Origin: Fimbriosthenelais zetlandica
Taxonomy: Eukaryota
NCBI GenBank assembly: GCA_977030845.1
Contig: OZ365118.1
Location: forward strand, 3,596,001-3,660,000
DNA length: 64,000 nt
Direction: 5' to 3'
Position 1 is the first letter of the stretch. Each line of letters begins with the position of its first letter. Of the stretch, positions 27,152 through 37,183 are shown one piece after another. Under the pieces are notes generated by a model. It saw only the letters and a list, made by a program, of their open reading frames with translations. It had not been told where the DNA came from and searched no databases. Made by a program: the position numbers and the translations under genes.

Positions 27152-27410
27152 GGGGGAGGAAGGGGGGAGGAGGGGGGAGGGGGGATGGGGGAAGGGGGAG
27201 AGGGGGGAAGGGGGAGAGGGGGGAAGGGGGAGAGGGGGGAAGGGGGAGAGGGCAGGAAGGAGAGAGAGGAAGGATAGGGGAGGGGAAAGGAGTGAAGAAA
27301 CAGAAAGGAAATAGAGTGGGAAGAGGGGAAATGGAGGGAGAAGAGGGGAAATGGGAGAAGGAAATGGACAGGGGTAAAGCTGAAGAGAATAGGAGAAGCT
27401 AAGGAACAGG
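27152..27410. repeat. Polypurine (GA-rich, G-run) low-complexity tract
   Basis: About 260 bp of nearly pure A/G with many GGGG-GGGGGG runs (GGGGAAGGGGGAGAGG type). Confidence 0.95.
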
Positions 27411-28357
27411 GACAACATGGCTGAATAGAAAGTACAATGCCTTCCACCTAACTCCATCCAAACTGTCTTTCCCAACAACCATGACAATACTATCAATGTA
27501 TACATGTATATATTCATGGATGTACATTTGTATGAATCAATCACAAGTACCAAATATAAACTTCCGTCACAATACCAACACTTTGTCATGGACATAGATC
27601 TATTTTAACTATAGACAAATTCAATTAGCCTATATAGTGGGGGTATAATGCACTTTGTGCTACCTTTAGAACACGGTTCTTTCTATAAGGCATTACTAGA
27701 GCCTCCCTATTGTATCATCACTTTGATATACACCTTGTAGTGTGAAGTCCCCTATACCCGCACCTCTCACCGACCTCGGACACGGTCTTTAACTCTGACT
27801 TTACAAGCCGTGTATTTTGCCAGGTATCAGGTATGCACAGAGCGTCTAGGTGGCCTGCTTATTTTTGGTATTTGTCAACAAGATGAAATGTGGACAGTCA
27901 TAAGTGGTGGGGATATGTGTGCCGGGAAAGCAGGTGATCCGGTGAGATAGAGCCCATATTCATGCACCTTTACCACCTCCTCGGATCATGCATTGTATAC
28001 TTGCTGCACGGATATGAACCTTCAAATATCATCTCCACACTAGGATTTATTGAACCTATTTTTATTCCATTGCCACTTTGGGTATAAGGCTCGGATAGGG
28101 GTAGGGAGGTGACATGAAAGGCTCCTTTGTTATACATCGTTTCATTTCTTTTACATAGATGTTTGAGCTGATATCTAAAGTATGAAATGTTGTTTTTCAT
28201 CCAATGATTTCAGTTTAGACATAGTCACGAGATGCTTATTAAGGGAGAAAGATGGGGAAGAAAAAGGCGGACAAATCAATAGCCATACAGGGATTAAAAG
28301 CTCAGATGGCTTCTTAAACCTTTAAGCAAAGAAAGGAAGAGGTAAAAAGAGGCTTAC

Positions 28358-28398
28358 CTTGTACGGGCGAGTTCTGATGTTCAACAGGCAAAAGATTC
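28358..28398 (-). other. Candidate 41-nt antisense exon (lncRNA or unknown gene)
   Basis: Minus strand reads ttaatctcttgtaactatttgttgttttttgtAG|gaatcttttgcctgttgaacatcagaactcgcccgtacaag|GTAAGC, with near-consensus branch, acceptor and donor. Confidence 0.45.
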
Positions 28399-29380
28399 CT
28401 ACAAAAAACAACAAATAGTTACAAGAGATTAATGACAATTAATGTCACTCCACCACAAAGATTTTCATTTTCCTTGAATCTTCTACAATGATCGCTTTAT
28501 TTTTCATGAGTTTGGGAGTTAATATTTCAGGGGAATTAAATTCTACAGGCTATAACAGTTGTCGTCTCACAAAGATTGTTCGACGTCATTTCCTTTCTTG
28601 CCACGCCCACGTGTTGTGAGGTAAAGAAATGAGTCCAAACAGACGACACAATAGACGACACAATAGGTGTCGTACTTGACAATGCGACGACAAAGTCAAA
28701 CATTGTACGGTGTATCCAGTACACGTACCAACATAACGCTACTCTGCATTTCTGGCATAACGCTTCAACACAGAGCATGGCCCCTCCTGAATACATACAT
28801 CTACATCCACTCGGTTAAAATCTATATTTCATTTCTAACCCAGGCCGCCTAGCTCTCTCGTTGAAATCTGACTTTCAGTATGCATGTATATATCCATAAG
28901 GAGTCTTATTTGGTGAAATGTAATTTGGGATATCATAATTATTGTAACCAAAAAATGTTGCATTAAGAAATAGATTAGCAAATTAAAAAAGTTTAATACA
29001 AAATTCAGACAAAGGGGCATCTTATCATAATTACTAATTTCCTTAATGTAATCTCAAGTTTTGTAATAACCAATTATATTAGTAAAGGCCAGGGAAACAT
29101 GATGATGCCCGGTGATATAGTTTTTATACTTTCCATCTTTACATAAGGCACAGTTCCAATTAAAAAACGGGGAAAGGACTTATATGCATATGTACTATGA
29201 ATTTCAAAGTTGGCAATCTATTTCACTTGCACTATAATCAAGGGTACCTGGTGTCTTATGTCCTGAGATCACTAAAAATTAATGGGTCTTGCCATCTTGT
29301 ATTAGCTTCCCAACGCTCAGCTACGGCAGCATAAGCACTCCAATGTAATTACTTTTCGAAAAGGAGATTAATCTAAGGTA

Positions 29381-29450
29381 TAGGAAGTGCTGTCAATCAC
29401 AGGTGAGGCCAGCCAATGGGGTTTAAGGCACGTGATTGGTGGGCGGGGCT
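29381..29450 (+). promoter_or_regulatory. Compact promoter/proximal-enhancer module upstream of Pcdh
   Basis: Within 70 bp: ETS-like GGAAGTG (29383), CTGTCAATCA (29390-29399, reverse complement of the PBX-MEIS/PREP TGATTGACAG decamer), CCAAT (29413), CACGTG E-box (29429), inverted CCAAT (29435), GC box GGGCGGGG (29441). TATATAAA at 29788 and a CT-rich leader at 29890-29960 follow. Confidence 0.55.
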
Positions 29451-30798
29451 TCTGTGAGAGGGAGCTTGTGTGATGGGGTCGTGGGGCTAGCCTTATAGTA
29501 ATACTACTGCACACTGTGTCATTTAACGCGGCTGTTGCTTTCCTGTCCACAGGGTCGGAGGGACCAGACGGCTGCCTACTGCTCTCCAAGCCCCGTCTCT
29601 CCACACCAACACTCTCCCCATCCATCCACCACGGACACTCAGCGGTGGGCGCATCTTCTAAGACCAGGGAATGTGTACAATAAATGGATATTCATAGAGA
29701 TATAAAGTTGCCAGGCAGGACTACTTCTCCACTGATACGCCATGCATTATTGAGTTACGGCAGTAAAGTGGAGTTGTGAGTGATGGATATATAAATGATC
29801 AGGTGAGGGGCGTTTATTAAGGAAGGTGAGCTTTCAATGTGTCTTGCCTATCAGCTGTGTAACATCAAGCATTGAGGAGAGATAACCCAGTCATCTTCTC
29901 CCTCCAGCCACTCCTCCCTCTCCTCATCTCTCCCCCTCATCCTCCCTTTACCATCATCTCTTACAAGACAGACACCGGGAGAAAGAACAAGGGTGTTCTC
30001 CAGCGTGTGTTCTAGCCTGACTGAGTGACTCCAGTCTTCCAATCCCGCTCTGCTCCTACTCCTGCAGCTTCTCCTGCCTCTACTACTACTACCAGAGCCA
30101 AGTCCCCGTTGTTATTACTACTAGCACCCCAGCCACCCCCGGCTCACACCACTCTACACATTCTGGCTGCTGGCAGCCCCATCGCCTTCAGATAAATTGG
30201 AATCTGGGGATCCGTCCGTGCCTCAGCTCTGACACTCGACCCCATTGACGATCTATATGGACCTATACATTGCTTCCTTGGTCGTCAGCCTAGCTGCGGA
30301 TGCTCTGGTTTAACATAGAACTATGTGCACTGATAGGCCATGTAATTGCAGTTCCAAGTCCGGGCTGGAGGAACTAGCTCTAAGTCCGCCTGACTTGAGC
30401 CTATAGAATTGTCTGCAGACCCCCCTTCCCTCACTACTACATATTGGAGGCTGGCCGAGTCATCCCAAGACCCGTGGACATCAATATAGTTGACTAAAAG
30501 CATCATTGGTGCCGCGGATCTGTCATTTCCTCAGCCCCCTTCATGCCCACACCACCTCTATGGTTACCTTAAAAGGAAGAGACTTCCATCTGGAGATTCC
30601 TGCTACTGGGGTCGTCTCTATTGATGCACGGGAGGACGATGAGCCACCCTGGAGTGGAGTGAGTGGATATATGGATAGATTTGTACCTCCTGGTTTCCAA
30701 TCATGTACTTAGTAGGAGGTGCTTACCACGCTGTGTTTTTCCACCCGGGTCTATATCAAATACTCTCGTCGTGAGTTGCGTTCTCTTCTCACAGTGCC

Positions 30799-33699
30799 AT
30801 GCTCATTACTGCTGCTAGGACCAGCCCTGATTATATGTTCTCTACCAGGCATCGGTGTGCTACAGCAATGCAACTTACAACTTCAAAGATGAACATCCAT
30901 AGACCAAAGCAGCCTCACTTGACCCCCTGGAGGAGATACGGCTCCTCCAGTGGGAGTAGTAGGGGCGGTCAATTCTGGCTGCTAATATTGACTAGTATCT
31001 TAATGTGGTCTTCTGTTTGGTGCTCTAACACTCTAATACAAGCTGCTTTTGAGTTTATGGAGGAAAAACCAGGTAACTCCATAGTGGGAAACATTACTAA
31101 ATCTGCTAACCTCCCTCCAGGCTTGCTCTACAGTATCTTACCTTTAGGAAATCCCAACCTGGAGGGATTATTTACCATCGGTAGGACGGATGGTGTCCTC
31201 CGATCAGCTAAAAGGATCGATCGTGATCGATTACCTATTTGTGAAAATAAAGTGGATTGTGTTATAGTTCTGGAGATAGGAGTACGAGGCAGCGATGGTT
31301 ACGCTAGTTTGGTTAAGGTCTCCATTCACCTGCTTGATCTTAACGATAATCATCCAACATTTCCTAACGCCAACTTGGAACTGGCCATATCGGAAACAGC
31401 CCAGCCTGGGATAAGATTTGTGATACCTTCAGCTAGCGACCCCGATGGAGGGCGCTATGGTATACAGTCCTACCATTTTCTACTCAATGGCAATGATGAG
31501 GTATTTGAGGGCCAAGTCACAAATAACAGTGACGGCACTTTTGATCTACATTTGATCTTGAAAGAGAGGTTGGATAGAGAGGACATGGAGAATTATAAAA
31601 TGCAGGTGGTCAGTAAAGATGGGGGGATTCCGAGGCTTTCAGGAGTACTTAATATACTGATAACGGTGCTGGATGCTAATGACAACACCCCGACATTCGT
31701 CAACAATTCCTACACTCTACATGTGAAGGAAAACCAGGGTCTCAACAGAACCATCATCTCTGTCAAAGCTATCGATGAGGACGAGGGTCTTAATGGGCAG
31801 ATTGTGTATGAATTCACACCAGAAACCATCGACGAATACCACAATATCTTTGGTATCGGTAACACTACAGGCAACATCTATCTGAGAGAGCCTCTCGATT
31901 TTGAGAAGGATAATTCTTACAGGTTAGTGGTTCGCGCCCATGACCGAGGGGCCGATCCTATTTATGTCCATACAAAGGTCTTCATACATGTACAAGACGT
32001 GAATGATAATGTACCCAAGATTAAAGTCAATGCTTTGACAGCCACTGGTGATGTGGAGATACCAGAGAATGCCGACCCCGGTGCATTTGTGGCACATGTG
32101 ACAGTGGAAGATGGGGATTCGGGCAGGTACGGGGACATAATGTGCTTCCTAAACGATAAACGCTTTGATCTTAAAGAACTCTATGAAACAGCGTACAGGA
32201 TCGAAACTAAGGTACCGTTCGATCGCGAGTATCAGGAGCATTATTTGGTGAGACTGAGATGTGAGGATCGAGGCAATCCACCGCTATCAGCGATGAAAGA
32301 CATTCATGTGAAGATCTTGGACAGGAATGATCATACCCCGATCTTCTCTAGACCAGAATACAGCACCAATGTGAATGAGAACAACAGCTATCATGCGTCA
32401 ATCATGACGGTCGGTGCATCAGATAGGGACGTGGGGGACAATGGACGAATCAGTTATTCTCTACAGGGGAAGGCAGCTTCCATGTTTAATATTAACCCCA
32501 ACTCAGGCGTGATCACTGCCAATACAGTACTGGACTATGAGAAGACACATGCGGTACAGTTCCGTGTGGTGGCTTCAGACAATGGTGAGCCCCCGCGCTC
32601 TGCTACCAGTACAGTAATGCTAAGCATTCGTGATGTAAATGATGAGCCTCCCATCTTCTCCCGCCCCATCTTCCATTTTGTCACCTCGGAGAACTTACCG
32701 GTGGGAACGGAACTAGGGACAGTGACCGCAATAGATGCTGACAACGCCCCTTACAATAGGGTGGTGTATTCCCTGGACGGGAGGCGGACGGACACTGAGA
32801 CCTTCGCCATCAATGCTAGGAATGGATCTATATTCATCAAGAAGATATTAGACAGGGAGTACTCCCCTGTGCACCACCTGGTCGTAGTGGCCAGTAACCC
32901 TGACGCTAAACTCATGAGATCTAGTGTTAATGTATCAATCCATGTCAATGACCAGAATGACAATGCCCCCATGATCATCTACCCTAACCCGATCAATAAC
33001 ACCGTCAAAGTGCCCCACCTCGCACCTCTGGGGTATGCATTTAGTCGCATTGAAGCCCTCGATGCTGACTTTGGAGAAAATCAAAGATTACAGTTTGATT
33101 TCGCCAAAGGCAATGAAGAAGGGCTTTTTGACATTGATCCCAACTCAGGAGTTTTAACCACGACAAGGAATATTGAGAAGTACGAGAACTGGGCGTTTAA
33201 TGTGATCGTCACGGTCAAGGATCATGGCGAATCTCGTAAAACTGCCGCGTCTGAGTTTGCCATATTCGTGGAGACATCCACCCACCCTATAGGTTCCTCA
33301 GCCTCTCGTGCCTCTCAGGGAGATGGCCTCTCATTAAATAAACACCACATCATCCTGATCGCCATGTCCCTCTCAACCCTCTTTCTTGTTATAATCCTCA
33401 TAACTGCCATTATCCTCGTACGGAGAAAACACACGCCCAAGGACAGCCATAAGGACCGCAGCGTCAAGTTCTCTGAGATAGTTCAAAACTCGCGTGATGC
33501 GGACGTCACCATTGGTATGAATGATATGAACATAGGTCTTAAAGGAAGAACGGCGGCTGATGGCGATTTTTGCGAGGATAAGGCCCCGACCAAGGAGGTG
33601 AAATTTAACATTGCCAATGATACGATGGAGGGGGAGGACGTACCACCCGACCTGTGTGGTCCAGGGTCACCAATTTGCCGGGACAATCAGCCCCTCCAG
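30799..33699 (+). CDS. Pcdh: Protocadherin (delta1-like, 7 EC repeats), large coding exon 1: signal peptide, EC1-EC7, TM helix, proximal cytoplasmic tail
   Basis: 998-aa ORF with six EC linkers (DLNDNHPTF, DANDNTPTF, DVNDNVPKI, DRNDHTPIF, DVNDEPPIF, DQNDNAPMI) plus a membrane-proximal EC7, DRE/DYE/DFE and DxD calcium motifs, and the EC1 C-X5-C motif CENKVDC (31240-31260). Hydrophobic signal core FWLLILTSILMWSSVWC; 24-aa TM at 33349-33420 followed by RRKH. Strong donor CAG|GTAAGC after 33699, phase 0. True start could be ATG 30799 or a later ATG such as 30889. Orthology to a specific vertebrate paralogue (PCDH1/7/9/11) is not resolvable here. Confidence 0.97.
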
Positions 33700-35380
33700 G
33701 TAAGCCTACAGCTTGTTCTATGTCATCACCTTCTCCTCTTTCATTTATCTCCCGGTCCCCCCTGTAGACTAGACCTTAGCTTTTATAATGAATGAACACT
33801 GCCAGCCTTTGTTTTACCTCGCCTCTCTTTTAGCCCCCGGCACACACCAGCGTTTATGTCCGGCCTCTTGTTAGTATATCTGAAGGGAGATCTGAAGAGA
33901 GGTACACCTCGTGGAAATAGAAATGTTAAAAGTGTTTATAAAGGCCACCCCAATGCCTATCAATCATGGTGAGCCCCCACCCGGGCCCCCAACCCCCTCC
34001 AGCACCCCCCACAGGCGTCTGTCACCACTTACGCTTGACCAGAGCCCACCTGCGGGCTCCAATCAAAAAGGTATTTGTTAGAAAGTGATGACAGTCAAGC
34101 AGAGCAAGGGTCAGGGGAGGCATTTAATTATTTCTTCTCGCAAGGCTGCGTCTTTCTAGTTTGCTTTGTTGGCTCTTGATAAATAATGGCCGAGCATAAA
34201 AGTTGCCGCATAATAAGTGTGGACTCTTTGTAAGCCGTTGTCTGTCTTGTCTGCAGCTCAAGTGGCCTGGCTTGATAACAAATTCCAGTCGATTTACTTT
34301 AAAGTGCTGCATCACCCTTGACAAAATTCCATGAGAAATTAGCATGTAAATTGCTGGGTGAATTTTTTGATGGCCACATCCGCCACAGATGTCCAGGCGT
34401 GAAACATCCAAACCCATCAGACAGCGGACTGAAGGAGCCAACTATCACATGCTTGCTTTAAAGCACTTGCATAGATCTTCCCACTTCAAAAACGCGCCCT
34501 CCAATGCAATCCAATATGGCTGCGTTTTAAACTATTATGCATTGGCCACTGGTGGTGCGCTTAATACTGGGATAACACGGCATGAAGTGTTTTGTCTGGT
34601 TAGTTGTAAAAAAGAGGGGAAGGAATACATCATAGAATGGTGTGTCACGATTGTATTGATCAGTCTACTGATTGATAGAGTCAGAGTGAGTTGGTGAGAG
34701 AGTTGGGGAGCAGCTCAGCAATGGGTGTTGGCAGTACAGTGGTAGGTATGGCCAGCGGTCAGTCACCCAGATGTGATGGAGAGTCCCTACAATGCACTGC
34801 CGCTTCCTGTCTGCCTCCCAAATGAGCTCCATATCTGTAAATTGATTGTGTGTTGTCTTGGGAGGCTTATGACAAGGTTGATTGATCAAACAGAACAGAT
34901 TGCTTGCTGAATATTTATACTAGGCTAGGCAAAAAACGGGCAAAGTGGGAGAGGGACACAAATCAGTGGACTGCCCGCTTTCCTATTAGCTGCGGCAGAA
35001 TCTGCTAATGTAAGCCTTGATGTGGCCTAATGGCTCGGCGCCTGCAATGTCAGAATAGAGATGGGCATGGCGACGATGGGGGGAATAGTGGGGAGGGGAT
35101 TTTTTTCATGGTGAGGGAGGTGCGGCCGCAACTATAGGGAATTAGCAATGGTAGACAGAGCTCTAGTTTAACTAATGTAGCAGCGGTAGTGGGAGGCTCG
35201 AGTAAATGGGAACAGAATACACTGATTAGGCCTAGAAGGGGCAATAATGGGCTCAGCATAGCGATCAGCAAGCTTTGAAAATGGATTACTGCACATTGAG
35301 CGCCATGCTGCTTCCCTGCTAACGCTTGACATTGCGCAAGCCGCGAATAATAGTCACTGGAAAGGGTGGGGTTAGAAAAA

Positions 35381-35623
35381 AGGGGATTCTATATAGTGTG
35401 GATAATAGTATGAAATCCCACCTTGGGATTTTATAGATAGGATGCCATAGGAAGACATTGAACATTTCATCGAAGCAGTTGATTGGGATGGGGGTTTCAT
35501 ATTGAAAGTTATGTAACAAAAGAAAAATTCATTTTGCCATGGGATGAGGGGATTCTAAGGATTGTGGATAATAGTATTAAATCAGAGAATTTAGATAGTA
35601 TGCTATAGGAAGACTCCCTGAAC
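35381..35623. repeat. Degenerate direct repeat, two copies of about 80 bp offset by 166 bp
   Basis: aggggattcta..tgtggataatagtat.aaatc..ataG.atgc.ataggaagac..gaac starts at both 35381 and 35547. Confidence 0.8.
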
Positions 35624-37085
35624 AATCCACCGAAGCATTTCACATGATTATAGGAAGGGGTGAATATTTTTCCTGTAACCACCCCCGGGTGTGAGAGTCC
35701 ATGGCGTGTGACCTAGTCGTGACCATGCCATGATCAAGGTGTGACTACATGATGGCTAACTCAGCACACCTTCATTGTCATGATAATCATATAACTCAGG
35801 TGCCACAGTCACCCACATTACCTACTCCACCCACCAATTGGACCTGGCTGCCTTATTGCCAGCCATTTTGGTGTAGTTAACCAAATCTTTCCCCCTTCAT
35901 GGTCGCAGGAGGATGTGGATGGCGTGTGGGTGAGGGGGATTAGGTCCACAGCAGGCCATTCATCCCACTTGTTATTAACAGATTCTCATGGCCTGCCTCC
36001 CGCCTTCAGTCCGCGATTGGATCTCTTTCCAGTCACCTTACCCATAATGGAGATCTAAATATTGTCACCAGGACGGGAGCATGTGGCTGATATCATGATA
36101 TAACTATAGGTGGATATCTCTCTCAACCCCCCTCACTTCACCATCATATCCCACCACCATTTCTACTCAGCTTTCAAGGTTCAAAGCTGTTTGTAGGCCT
36201 AAATGCTTCCCCTGAAAACTTTCTTTATTTGTTTAGTACTTTTTACAAAGAGAACATGAAAGGTTCCTTTTAAAGTGGAGGAAAAGAGAGGAGGTGATGC
36301 TCAAGGATGGCCAGATTAAAGCAGAGCGATCGATATTCAGGCTGATTCAGCAAATGAGGATTCTTTTAAATTCAAACATAAAATTTAACGAGAGGCTGCA
36401 GAGGTGAGCATGAATAGTATTGCAGTCATTAGGTTGGTAATTGGACAGTTCATATTTCATCCACTCCCAAACAGGTGGAAAAAGCAAGCATGCCAAGCAC
36501 TCACATCCAGCCCTGAGAGGAGCAAATTCAGCAAAGTATTTTTCAAGATAAGCATCTTACGATGAACTAATGGGTTTAGTAATATCATTTTTAAAGCCTG
36601 GGGGAAACTATTCATCAGTGTATGAGCTCGAGTGAATAATGGAAAACGTTAGATTAACTATTAAGATGGTGACCTTATCTATGGGCATGGGTAGCAATGC
36701 CAGTTCCAATTGCTTCCCAAAACACGACTTCTCATGTGAATTATTCGTGAGCTTTTAAGGAAACACACCCATTAAGGGTTTAAAATGAATGCCAGTGAAG
36801 GCATTGAGAATGATATAATGGAAATTGAACTGAAAAGGAAGCCATGTCACGACCTTTGCTGCTTTTAACTGGCACTGCTCAACAGGCACGCATTAAGCGT
36901 CTAAAGTGTGGACGTTTTTAAGAAAATCCAATTATTGCAGTGTGGCATTTCAACTCAGCAACGATGATAAGCTCTTACGTAAATTGCAGGTTCTTAATAG
37001 GTTCATACGCAGGCATTAAATAGACTAATTTGAAAGGGAAAGATTTTATAGACTAGTCCTTCATACCCAGTCATAACAATTGTGA

Positions 37086-37183
37086 CAATATTTTCCAATT
37101 TATTGAAAATATGATGCAATATTTTCCAATTTATTGAAAATATGATGCAACATTATCCAATTTATTAAAAATATGATTCAATA
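37086..37183. repeat. 31-bp tandem repeat, about 3.2 copies
   Basis: CAATATTTTCCAATTTATTGAAAATATGATG twice exactly, plus a third copy with a few mismatches. Confidence 0.95.

Noticed and set aside
27093-27595. ORFs of 73-158 aa on both strands
   Set aside because: Artefacts of the stop-poor polypurine tract (G/E/R- or P/S/L/F-only translations).
30770-30794. GTGAGT donor just before the 30794 acceptor
   Set aside because: The implied intron of under 30 nt is too short.
33892-33917. CTGAAGA-GAGG-TACA-CCTC hairpin resembling a hammerhead core
   Set aside because: Followed by GTGGAAA rather than GAAA, with no convincing stems I or III.
34541-34560. CTCF-like GGCCACTGGTGGTGC, a possible analogue of the clustered-Pcdh CSE
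   Set aside because: One base short of the consensus spacing and lacks the core AG; weak match.
34124-34697. ORFs of 102-105 aa in intron 1
   Set aside because: No recognisable domains or compatible splice sites; lengths are within the chance range for 64 kb across six frames, as for most other short ORFs in the track.
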